Positions 53,060 to 63,879 of a DNA stretch of 64,000 bases are shown here, piece by piece; position 1 is the stretch's first letter; each line of letters opens with the position of its first letter. The notes under the pieces are model-generated. The model ran no database searches, had not been told where the DNA came from, and saw only the letters and a list, made by a program, of their open reading frames with translations. This DNA is from Octopus vulgaris (lineage: Eukaryota): assembly GCA_951406725.2 (NCBI GenBank), contig OX597829.1:38688001-38752000 (forward strand), given 5' to 3'. The position numbers and the translations under genes were made by a program.

Positions 53060-53094
53060 GTTTAACATTTCGAGCAGAGCTCTTCGCCAGAAAC
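53060..53094 (-). ncRNA. Minimal type I hammerhead ribozyme motif (core-mutated)
   Basis: gttt CTGGCGA a gagc-tct-gctc GAAA tg TT aaac; one core change (CTGA to CTGG); lies in a ~200-bp terminal-repeat-like fragment 52960-53160. Confidence 0.6.
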
Positions 53095-53282
53095 ATAGGA
53101 AAAGGAAAGATCCAGAGAAGGGAAGATGGAGGAAAAAATTTGCCAACGGTACGCACGCAGTATATATATATATATATATATATATTGATAAATACAGTAA
53201 GATAACAAAAGAAAGAAAGAGATCTCGATATTATGTAAATAGAGGAATTTATCTGTAAAAGTAATATATGACAATTATTCGG

Positions 53283-53356
53283 TAGCCAAGATAAAACTCC
53301 GAGCTTCGGATGCGGAGGTGGAAATCCACACCACCGTCTCTTCAGTTATCCGACCA
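53283..53356 (-). ncRNA. Type I hammerhead motif, inverted copy (GAAA to GAAG)
   Basis: Reverse complement of 54644-54717 with a core substitution at 53304. Confidence 0.65.
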
Positions 53357-54643
53357 TTGGAAAAACGCTAAGATGTTTTGTAAATTTGTGCCCGCTAAAA
53401 GGAGCTTGCATGTCAGAGACCATCATCTATGAAGTTACCGTGGACTCTATACCCACTAAAGACATGGTTTCGATGAAGAAATCCGTGGGCCTTACAGAAG
53501 TTAATTTCAAGGCCAGGTTCAATAATCACACCTTGAGCTTCAGGCACTGGGAGAAAAAGAAAACGACCAAATTATCCAGTCATATATGGTCATTAAAAGA
53601 TAAAGGTGTCAGTTACAACATCCATTGGAAGATCTTTGCCAAGTGTTAGCCTTACACCATCAGCAGTGGAAAGTGCGGTCTATGTGATATGGAAAGATGG
53701 CTCATCTGGAAAAGCAGCTTAGACCCCACTACATGAACTGAACTTTTCGGATCATGTCCATATGAGGCCAAATTTTTGTTACATTTTTGTTACATTTTTG
53801 GTCCCCCCCGAGACTACAGATAGAACTTGCTTTTTATATTGTATCCACACACAAGTTTCTTATCTCATTATACCTTTTACTTTTATTTTATTTATATATT
53901 TTTTATACATATATTTATAGAGAATTTGGTTTATAGATATTTTTTACACATAATTTTTTCTGTACTCTACCTTCCACCCTGCATTTTTCCCTGTGCGTAT
54001 ATAGATGTGTATATGGAATCCTTTGTGCGCATGTGTGGATGTGTGCGTGTGTGCCAGTATGTGTGTATATAGATGTGTGCGTGCATGTGAGTACACGCGT
54101 ATATAGACGTATTTTACTCAGTGTTTTTACACATTTTCCTGTATTTTTTTTAGACGTATGTATAATCTTTTTTGTGCATGTGTGTGTGCGGGTATGTACG
54201 TATATGGGCGTGTGTGTGTGTGCATAAGGGTATGTGCGTATATAAACGTGGTTTACTCTTTGTATACTCCCTTATGCCTTTTTTCTGTATTGTTACCCTT
54301 GACCATGTTTTTTCTTGTGCTTGTGCATATGTAGATGTATGTATGAACTTTTACGGTGTGCGCGCGTGTGTAAGTTTGTATGTATATGCATATACATTTG
54401 GCGATGGATGCGAGGGAAGATGTGTGATGTTTTCTAGTGAGGGTGGATGAATGTATGCATACGCATATGGGTGTGTGGGCGCACATGTGTAGGCATGAAC
54501 AGGCGCGCTTATGCAAATACTATGAACTTTTTACCCCCTTTCCTTAATTAGCGGTCATTCAAATAGCTCTTTTGTCTTATTAGCGATCAATAACAAAGTA
54601 ATTTCCCTTTGTATAGCGGTCATTTTTCATAGCGTTTTTCCGA

Positions 54644-54717
54644 TAGCCGGATAACTGAAGAGATGGTGGTGTGGATTTCCACCTCGGCATCCGAAACTCG
54701 GAGTTTTATCTTGGCTA
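54644..54717 (+). ncRNA. Type I hammerhead ribozyme motif
   Basis: Stem I tagccggataa/ttatcttggcta; CTGAAGA 54655-54661; stem II gatg...gtgga-tt-tccac...catc; GAAA 54693-54696; palindromic stem III actcggagt; predicted cleavage GUU after 54705. Confidence 0.78.
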
Positions 54718-54747
54718 CCCAATAATTATTACATATTACTTTTACAG

Positions 54748-54786
<39 letters not shown>

Positions 54787-56391
54787 GTTTGTGTGTCTGT
54801 TTGTTCCCCCAACATTGCTTGACAACTAATGATGGTGTGTTTACATCCCCATAACTTAGTTTGGCAAAAGAGATCATTAGAATAAGTACTAGGCTTACAA
54901 AGAATAAGTCCTGGGGTTGATGTGCTCGACTAAAGGCAGTGCTCCAGCATGGCCACAGTCAAATGACTGAAACAAGTAAAAGAGTAAAGATACACACACA
55001 CACACACACTGGCTTCTGATGTTGAGATAACACAGAGAAAAAGCTAGCTGTAAGGTCTGAATCAAAATGAATAAATGTAATAGCTTTAAGATACGGTAGT
55101 CTACTTAAAATGATCACATATTTTCTTCAGTTCCATTTTTGCTTGAGTCTGAAAAGATTTTCCAGTAAATCGACTACAAAAACTTTGTGATTAAATTTGA
55201 ATAAATTCTATAAACCGATTTCCTTTAAGTTCATCATAAATCAAAACAAATATATCAGAATAACTTTTTTTTTTTTTTCTTATTCTTAAGGGATTTATTC
55301 AATAATGGAAGCTTTTGCTAAATTAATAAAATCATTGTTTTGGTTTGGTTCTATATCTAAGCTTTACAAGTATAAATTACCAAAAGAATCTGTAACAATA
55401 ACTGTCACCAATGGTATAATTATTCTATAATGACTGAAAAATATATATTTGAAACTACAATCCAAGCTATAACAGCTGAAGAGACCTCCCCTCCATTACA
55501 GACATAGCATTTGTCTGTCATACTTCCTTGTTATTCATGAGTATTCCATAATTCTTAATGGCCTCACTCAATATTGTTTCTAAGGAGAATTAAACCAGCC
55601 ACATCTGTCCTAAATATTCTACGTATTTTATGTTCAAACTGGCCAAGTCAAGCCTCTCACACCTACCCTACACTGTCATCCTAAAAATAAACACTTCATT
55701 GAAATCTCAAAGCTACAAGATAATGCACGATTAATTCAAAACAATGTGAGTAAATAAACATTACATTTTATTACATAGAGTAATCTGAATGCTAAAAGAT
55801 TAAAACTCAGGACTCTCGTGACCATGTGATTAGTAAGTCTGTATTGCAATTACTTAGTTCCTGCTTTGGTCCCACGCTGTGTGAGACCTTAGACAGGTGT
55901 CTTCTGTAGCCTCAGGCTGTAACTGGAGTTTACTTGATGGAAACCATACAGAAATGCATGTGTGAGTTTGAGTCTGTGTTTATGTTTGTTGGAATTGAAT
56001 TAGTTGCTCCCTTGATGTAACCTAAACTGCATCTGGTAATAACCCTCTGGTTTGGGAGTTCTAGGATTTTGAGGAATGTGGAAGCACATTTTAGCCTTTG
56101 TTGTTCCTTGGTCTACTCTGACTCAGAATAGCAGCAGCTGTCAGGGTCCCTGTCATGGGTTAATTAGTATTTTAGAGCTTTCCTACCTATGCATGTGAAG
56201 ACTGGATCTCATAGATTCTATGAAAGAAGCATTCATCCCTCAACAGAGAGAAAGGTGGTTACAGTAAAGCATTGTGGTCAGCAGAAAACGAGATGAGGCA
56301 AATAAGACACCTTGGTCGTCTACTACATCTGTTTCCCCCCTCAGTTTTCTTACCATGGTCTTGCCGCGGAATTGATGATGGTTACAGCTGA

Positions 56392-56626
56392 GAGGTGGCG
56401 AGCTGGCAGAATCGTTAGCACGCCGGGCGAAATGCGTAGCCGTATTTCATCTGCCGTTACATTCTGAGTTCAAATTCCGCCGAGGTCAACTTTGCCTTCC
56501 ATCCTTTCGGGGTCGATAAATTAAGTACCAGTTACACACTGGGGTCGATGTAATCGACTTAATCTGTCCGTCTGTCCTTGTTTGTCCCCTCTGTGTTTAG
56601 TCCCTTGTGGGTAGTAAAGAAACAGG
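56392..56626 (+). mobile_element. SINE family A
   Basis: Full-length; ggttacag(c/a)tgaga duplicated on both sides. Confidence 0.93.
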
Positions 56627-57111
56627 TTACAGATGAGAGAGTGAGGCTGATGTACAACTCTTCTTCACTTTAAGCAAAGTCACTGCACAAGCCCTTAGTC
56701 TTCCTTAAAAAAAAGACTAGGTGGTCCTCATCAATGCAGTGGATGAACATTTACAGCATTAAATAACGACTTGGGTTGATATAGCTAAAAGCCACCAATG
56801 CAGTATGCCAGTACAACTGCTATTCAATGACTGAAACCAGTAAAAAAGTAAAGAGGTATGCTGAAGTATGTTCTTCATGGTATTGTATATATTCCATGCT
56901 TTTGTAAATTATCTTTCCATTTATTTGTCTTTACAATGCATATGATACATTTGCTATGTATTATGTTTCTTCAGTTTTATTTTATGCACTCTTTTACGCA
57001 TTTCTTTTCATGGTAGCAAGGGTAGGATGGTAATTGTTGAAGCAACTGTTTGTTGTTATGGTTACTCTTCCTAAAAGCATTTTACTGATCTTATAAACCA
57101 GAGAGAGCTTC

Positions 57112-57370
57112 AAAACAGTTGCTGGACATGCTAGAAATAGCAATCACATCTCTCTTGAATCACTCTTCTCTTCAAAGAAAAACAGGATGGATAAATTAGC
57201 TAACGCAATCTAGACTATACCACTAAATTTCAAGACAAAACAGTTGTTGGACATGCTAGAAATAGCAGTTATATCTTCCTTCTATCACTCTTCTCTTCAA
57301 AGAAAAACATGGAATGGACAGATTGGCTAATGCAGTCTGGATCATATCACTAAGTTTCAAAAGAAAACAG
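57112..57370. repeat. Tandem duplication of ~126 bp
   Basis: aaaacagttg.tggacatgctagaaatagca...tcactcttctcttcaaagaaaaaca occurs twice. Confidence 0.85.
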
Positions 57371-57642
57371 ATTGTCATGGTTGGAAATCCTTTGATCATA
57401 GGCCTTCTTGATCGGGTTCAGCTTGTGTATTTTGTTGTCCAAAAGTATGACATACTGCTTGTGGTGTTAGTTGTACTGGTAAGGTTTGAATACAAAACCA
57501 TGTTGTCAATAGCCATTGTATCATCATAATTTTATATACAGGTGTGGCTTTGCAACCACAGCACACCTTGAGCAAGTGTCTTCAATGATAGCCCTGTGAT
57601 AACAAAGACGTTGTAAGTGAATTTGGTTGATAGAAACTGTAG

Positions 57643-58060
57643 AAGGCGGCGAGCTGGCAGAATCGTTAGCACGCCAGGCAAACTGTTTATCGGTATTTCA
57701 TCTGCCATTACATTTTGAGTTCAAATTCCGCCAAGGTCGACTTTGCCTTTCATCCTTTCAGGGTCGATAAATTAAGTACCTGTTGCACACTGGAGTTGAT
57801 GTAATCGACTTAATCCGTTTGTCTGTCCTTGTTTGTCCCCTCTGTGTTTAGCCCCTTGTGGGTAGTAAAGAAATAGGTATTTCGTCTGCCATTTTGTTTT
57901 GAGTTCAAATTCCGCCAAGGTCGACTTTGCCTTTCATCCTTTTGGGGTCAATAAATAGAGTACCAGTTACACACTGGGGTCGATGTAATCGACTTAATCC
58001 CTTTGTCTGTCCTTGTTTTTCCCCTCTATGTTTAGCTCCTTGTGGGCAATAAAGAAATAA
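57643..58060 (+). mobile_element. SINE family A dimer inserted in an old family B SINE
   Basis: Two units joined at aaagaaata|ggtatttcgtc; agaaactgt on both sides; family B pieces at 57540-57640 and 58060-58280. Confidence 0.92.
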
Positions 58061-58759
58061 GAAACTGTGTGGAAGCCCTATTGTGCATCTTTGTGTTCCC
58101 TACCACTGTTTGACAACTGATGTGGGTTTGTTTATGTTCTTGTTGTTCTGTAAAAAAAAATACCAATAGAATAAGTACCAGACTTAAAAAGTAAGTACTG
58201 AGGTTGGTTTATTCAATTAAACCTTACAAGGCAATGCCTCAGAATGGCTGCAGTCCAATGACTGTAACCAGTAAAAAGAAATGTAAGTGTGTGTGTGTGT
58301 TCTTTTACATTAGCTGTGGCCATGCCAAAAGTTTAATCAATTTCATCGATCCACAATATTTTGTCAGGCATTCATCTACTGGACAAATTAATTAACTTTA
58401 ATGTTGCCCATTGTACATGTATAATAATGGTAAATATTTGCAAGTAATTCAATACTAATGTTAAAGATGGGTTGCTTTTTACTAGCAAACTTGATTATTC
58501 ACTCCACTCTAAGACAATCTAGATATTTTTTCTTTTCTTCTTTTTTTACCTTTTATTTGAAATAATCATGTTCTTAACGACTGCATTTAATGTAGTTTAT
58601 CCAAAGCAAATATGACAAGCTTAGATTTACTGAAGAAGTTCAGATTACTGTAAATATATTATATATTAGTGTGTGTGTGTATATATATATATATATGTAC
58701 ATACATGCATACACTTATAGATTTATTGTAGAAGTTCAGATTACTGTAAATATATTATA

Positions 58760-58971
58760 TTAGTGTGTGTGTATATATATGTGTGTGTGTGTGTGTGTAT
58801 ATGGATGTGTATATATATGTGTGTGTGTGTATATGGATGTGTATATATATGTGTGTGTGTGTATATGGATGTGTATATGGATGTGTATATATATGTATAT
58901 ATATATATGTATATATATATATGTATATATATATATACGTATATATGTATATATATATATACGTATATATG

Positions 58972-59002
<31 letters not shown>

Positions 59003-59232
59003 GTATATGTATATATATATATATGTATGTGTATATATATATGTGTATATATATATGTATATATATATGTGTATATATATATGTATATATATATATGTGT
59101 ATATATATATGTATATATATATATGTATATATGTATATGTATATATATGTGTATATATATATATGTATATATGTATGTGTATATATATATATGTATATAT
59201 GTATATGTATATATATATGTGTATATATATAT
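58760..59232. repeat. (TA)/(TG) microsatellite
   Basis: Abuts the LINE (gat)n tail. Confidence 0.95.
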
Positions 59233-61975
59233 ATCATCATCATCATCATCGTTTAACGTCCGCTTTCCGCGCTAGCACGGGTTGGACGGTTTCGACCAGG
59301 GTCTGGGGAGCCAGGGGCTGCCCCAGGCTCCAGTCTGGTCTGGCAGTGTTTCTACAGCTGGATGCCCTTCCTAACGCCAACCACTCCGCGAGTGTAGTGG
59401 GTGCTTTTTACGTGCCACCTGCACAGGTGCCAGAGGGGTCTGGCATCAGCCACGGTCGGTTGGTGCTTTTTATGTGCCACCTGCACAGAAGCCAGTCGGG
59501 GCGGTGCTGGCATCGGCCACGTTCGGATGGTGCTTTTTATGGGGGGGGGTGCAGAAATATAGGGGAGCACCAGTGGGGAAGGGTGTTCAGAGTGTTCATG
59601 TACTTGACTCAACAGGTCTCCTCAAGCACAGCGGGACGATCTGGGATCCGGGGTACTTTGAATGGGCAGGGGCTATGCGGAACTGATGCAGGAAGCAGCC
59701 CGGGTCTTTGCAGTCACAGCATATCTCCAGAGATCTCGGTCCTTTGCCATTGCCTCGGTGAGGCCCAACGCTCTGAGGTCAAGCTTGACTGCCTCATCCC
59801 ATGTCTTCCTGGGTCTACCTCTCCCCCTGATACCTTCAACTGTTTGGGAGTGGCACTTCTTCACACATCTCTCCTCATCCATCCGCAGCACATGACCATA
59901 CCATCGCAAGCGTCGCTCTTGCACACCACATCTGATGCTTCTTATATCCAGCATTTCTCTTAGGATGCTTACACTCTGTCGTGCGTGCACACTGACATTA
60001 CACATCCAGCGGATCATGCTAGCTTCATTTCTTTCAAGTCTACGCATGTCCTCTGCAGTCATAGCCCATGTTTCATTACCGTGAAGCATGGCAGTTCGCA
60101 CACATGCATCATACAGTCTACCTTTCGCTCTGAGGGAGAGACCCTTTTTCGCCAGTAGGGGTAGGAGCTTTCTGAACTTTGCCCAGGCTATTCGTATTCT
60201 AGTGGTGATACTCTCTGTGCATCCACCTCCGCTACTAACTTGGTCACCCAGGTAGCGGAAACTATCAACTACTTCTAGTTTCTCTCCCTGGAGTGTGATG
60301 GAATCTGCTTTCTGAGTGTCTGTGGTGTCTATTGTCCCTGTGCATCTGCCGCACATGAAAGCTATCTTATCTGTTAATTTCCCTTTAATGTTGCTGCACC
60401 TCTTGTGTGTCCATAGCTTACATTGGGTGCATCTTATGGAGTTTCTACCTGCACCTTTCCCACAGATTGAGCAGGGCCACCTACCCGAGGGGGTGTGTGC
60501 TGAGTACGCCTTGCTGCTTACTATTACTTTGGTCTTTGCTACATTTACTCTAAGGCCCTTTGATTCTAACCCTTGCTTCCACACCCGAAATTTCTTTTCT
60601 AGTTCCGGTAGTGATTCTGCTATGAGAGCCAGGTCATCAGCATAGAGGAGCTCCCAGGGGCATCCTGTTTTGAATTCCTCTGTTATTGCCTGGAGGACTA
60701 TGATGAATAGAAGGGGACTGAGGGCTGAGCCCTGGTGTACACCTACTTCTACCCGGAATTCTTCACTATATTCGTTGCCAATCCTAACCTTGCTGGCAGC
60801 CTCTCTGTATAGAGCCTGTACAGCCCTTATTAGCCATTCGTCAATCTCCAGCTTCCGCATCGACCACCAGATAAGGGAACGGGGAACCCTGTCAAAGGCT
60901 TTCTCCAAGTCCACAAAGGCTATGTAGAGGGGTTTATCTTTAGCTAGGTACTTCTCCTGCAGTTGTCGGACCAGGAATATAGCATCAGTGGTGCTTCTAC
61001 CTGGCACAAAACCGAACTGCATTTCATCTAAGCAAATTCTCTCCCTAATGAGATGGGTTATGACCCTCTCTGTGACCTTCATCACCTGGTCCAACAGTTT
61101 GATACCCCTGTAATTATTTCTATCTAGAGCATCACCCTTACCCTTGTAGCAGTTGACTATGGTGCTGCTATGCCAGTCATTGGGTATGACTCCATTGTGA
61201 ACTACCCGGTTTACAATGCGGGTGACTATGCCATAGCCCACATAGCCAGCTGTTTTAAGCATCTCAGCAGTGATTCCTGATGGGCCGGGGGCTTTGCCTG
61301 GTTTCATATCCTTAATTGCCTTATCTACAAGGGAGCTGTCTATTCGGGTAGCTGGTCCCTCTACTGGGTCAACATTTGGCAGGCTCTCCTCCTCCCATTC
61401 ATTCTCCTCGTTCAGCAGTCTTTCGTAATGGCTTCTCCAAGCCTCTTTCTTTTCACTAACAGTAAAAGCAAGTGCCCCATCATCCATGCGGACACATTTC
61501 TCTCCTGTAACATCACTATTTTCTCTGACACACTGTCTGGCAATCCGAAATACCTCAGCTCTTTGGTCCTCACGTCGCTGGACATTGGCAAACTTCTTCT
61601 TTTCTGCTACATCTTTAGCTATGTATACCTGCCGCCCAGCCTCCCTTTTGGCTGCCTGGTACAGTTCCCTGCTGCCCCCATCCCTCCAGGCTTTCCAGGC
61701 CCGTCTCTTTGCACTAATGGCTTTATCTACTGCACTGTTCCACCACCACGTAACTCTAGGTCTGGAAGGGACTCTGCACCATCCACAGACTCGGTCTGTG
61801 GCACTCAGCAAGCTGTCCCGTAGGAATTCCCAGCTACCTTCTATGTCTGACGTCTGGAGCTCCTCCTCCCTCTCATCAAATTTCTTGATGAGTATATCCC
61901 TAAATTTCTGACCAAGTGAAGGGTTCTTTAGCCTCCAAATCCTTCTTTTCTGGATTGGTTTGTTTCTTGGAGTCC
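59233..61975 (-). mobile_element. Young 5'-truncated RTE-clade LINE
   Basis: Open frame from ~61976 to 59673, ~440-bp 3' UTR, (gat)n tail; the APE endonuclease domain is missing because of the truncation. Confidence 0.96.
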
Positions 61976-61976
61976 A
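59673..61976 (-). CDS. Non-LTR reverse transcriptase (RTE clade) with internal PHD-type finger; N-terminally truncated
   Basis: [73 protein letters not shown]; the frame stays open ~55 codons upstream of the listed TTG start ([17 protein letters not shown]...WEFLRDSL). Confidence 0.95.
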   Translation of the reverse strand, partial: WTPRNKPIQKRRIWRLKNPSLGQKFRDILIKKFDEREEELQTSDIEGSWEFLRDSLLSATDRVCGWCRVPSRPRVTWWWNSAVDKAISAKRRAWKAWRDGGSRELYQAAKREAGRQVYIAKDVAEKKKFANVQRREDQRAEVFRIARQCVRENSDVTGEKCVRMDDGALAFTVSEKKEAWRSHYERLLNEENEWEEESLPNVDPVEGPATRIDSSLVDKAIKDMKPGKAPGPSGITAEMLKTAGYVGYGIVTRIVNRVVHNGVIPNDWHSSTIVNCYKGKGDALDRNNYRGIKLLDQVMKVTERVITHLIRERICLDEMQFGFVPGRSTTDAIFLVRQLQEKYLAKDKPLYIAFVDLEKAFDRVPRSLIWWSMRKLEIDEWLIRAVQALYREAASKVRIGNEYSEEFRVEVGVHQGSALSPLLFIIVLQAITEEFKTGCPWELLYADDLALIAESLPELEKKFRVWKQGLESKGLRVNVAKTKVIVSSKAYSAHTPSGRWPCSICGKGAGRNSIRCTQCKLWTHKRCSNIKGKLTDKIAFMCGRCTGTIDTTDTQKADSITLQGEKLEVVDSFRYLGDQVSSGGGCTESITTRIRIAWAKFRKLLPLLAKKGLSLRAKGRLYDACVRTAMLHGNETWAMTAEDMRRLERNEASMIRWMCNVSVHARQSVSILREMLDIRSIRCGVQERRLRWYGHVLRMDEERCVKKCHSQTVEGIRGRGRPRKTWDEAVKLDLRALGLTEAMAKDRDLWRYAVTAKTRAASCISSA

Positions 61977-62030
61977 GCAAAAACTGTCTGATGAACGGCA
62001 ACGAGAAACTCAGAGTAACAGATTTTGTTG
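61975..62030 (+). ncRNA. Type I hammerhead ribozyme motif
   Basis: Stem I cagcaaaaactgt/acagattttgttg; CTGATGA 61988-61994; cg-gcaa-cg stem II (A.A at the closing pair); GAAA 62005-62008; palindromic stem III actcagagt; GUA site after 62017. Confidence 0.75.
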
Positions 62031-62169
62031 AATTTTCTGCTGCTTAAAATAAAGTATATATGTATATATATATATGTATATATATATATGTGTGTATATA
62101 TATGTGTGTATATATATGTGTGTATATATGTGTATATATATATATGTATGTATATATATGTATATATAT

Positions 62170-62820
62170 AACTTAGAAAGGTTTTGGCCAGTATTGGCCC
62201 AGGCCATGTCTAACTTAATAGCACCACCTGGCGAAGTCTTTCAATTCAGGATTTGGGCACCAAGGCCCATTCGAGCAGAGAGTTATTGTTTGCGGAGACA
62301 TATCCGGGTGTGGGTGGTTTGTCTGGGACTGTTTGAAGGAATTTGTCCAAAGACTTCTTGAATTTTGTGTGGTCAGTTTCTGTTTTGACGTGTCCTGGTG
62401 TAATGTTGAAGAGAGCGGGTCCAATAGAGGTGAAATAATTGTGCCGTATTGTCGTTATGTGATGCGATTTAGATTTTTGTTGTGGACGGATGGCACGTAG
62501 TCCAAGCCTTGGATGTATTTTGAAGGTGATGCCAACATCATTCGGACAGTGCTGATGGAATATTTTCCACTTCATACAGATAATGTAGCATTCACGGCGT
62601 CGTTGGAGTGAATACAGTTTCAGCTTCTCTAGTCTACCCCAGTAGTCAAGGTCTGACATGCCATCTATCTTTTTTGTGATTGACCTTTGGGGAGCTTCAA
62701 TTCTCATAATATTTTGTTTTGTGTAGGGAGACCACAGTGGACAGCAGTATTCAAGGTGGGGTCGGGCAAAAGTGGAGAAGAGAAGGATAATAGTGTGGGA
62801 ATCTCTCGACTGGAAGGTTC
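62170..62820 (-). mobile_element. CR1/L2-group LINE 3' fragment
   Basis: [16 protein letters not shown]...QRSITKKI...[18 protein letters not shown]...GPALFN...FKKSLDKFL; both ends lie in (TA)n. Confidence 0.9.
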
Positions 62821-63648
62821 TTATGTATATGTATTTATATGTATGTGTATTTATATGTATGTGTATATATATGTATATATATATATATATGTATATATAT
62901 GTATGTGTATATATATATGTATATATATATATGTATGTGTATATATGTATGTGTATATATATGTGTATATATATATGTATATATATATATGTATGTGTAT
63001 ATATGTATGTGTATATATATATGTATATATATGTATGTGTATATATATGTATGTGTATATATATGTATGTGTATATATATGTATGTGTATATATATATAT
63101 ATATATGTATGTGTATATATATATATATATATATGTATGTGTATATATATATATATATGTATGTGTATATGTATATATATATATGTATGTGTATATATAT
63201 ATATATATATATGTATGTGTATATATATATATATATATGTATGTGTATATGTATATATATATGTATGTGTATATGTATATATATATATGTATGTGTATAT
63301 ATATATATATGTATATATATGTATATATATATATGTATGTGTATATGTATGTGTATATGTATATATATATATGTATGTGTATATGTATATATATATGTAT
63401 ATGTGTATATGTATATGTGTATATATATATATGTATGTGTATATATATATATATATGTATGTGTATATGTATATATATATGTATGTGTATATGTATATGT
63501 ATATGTGTATATGTATATGTATATGTGTATATGTATATGTGTATATGTATATGTGTATATGTATATATATGTATGTATATGTATATGTATGTATATGTAT
63601 ATATGTATGTATATATATGTATATATATATATGTATATATATATGTAT
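62821..63648. repeat. (TA)/(TG) microsatellite
   Basis: About 830 bp of tatgtgta(ta)n units. Confidence 0.95.
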
Positions 63649-63780
63649 AGATTCAACAACAATTGAGGAATGTCCTTAATAGGCCATTTGACCCACTAGA
63701 AAGAGCAGCCAGGACTCAAACCGCCAAGTAGTAGTAATTCAGAAATTAAAGGAAAATTTAAAAACATTTACCCTAAATCA

Positions 63781-63879
63781 TCTTTAGACAATGCATTGTT
63801 TCGGTGTTTTTAATGGCAAACCAGCTTAATTAAATTAAATTAAGTCAATCCACCAAAGGCTACACCTCGTCGGTAAAGA
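63781..63879 (-). ncRNA. Type I hammerhead ribozyme motif with long stem II insert
   Basis: Minus strand tcttta CCGACGA ggtgt...acacc GAAA caatgcattg TC taaaga; perfect palindromic stem III; U4-to-C core variant. Confidence 0.72.

Larger units (their letters stand above)
53185..54747 (+). mobile_element. 5'-truncated Penelope-like element with inverted terminal repeat
   Basis: GIY-YIG remnant CPLKGAC...IIYEVTV...VGLTEVNFKARFNNH...TKLSSHIWSLK...KCGLCDME at 53386-53710; 118-bp inverted repeats 53253-53370 / 54630-54747. Confidence 0.9.
52581..54990 (+). mobile_element. SINE family B split in two (52581-52722 and 54786-54990) by nested insertions
   Basis: 5' half ends at gaaagaatcccatc+(TA)n; 3' half resumes at tgtgtgtctgtttgttccccc exactly as in intact copies. 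Confidence 0.88.

Noticed and set aside
60316-61911. + strand ORFs overlapping the LINE
   Set aside because: Antisense shadows of the RT ORF with no recognisable motifs.
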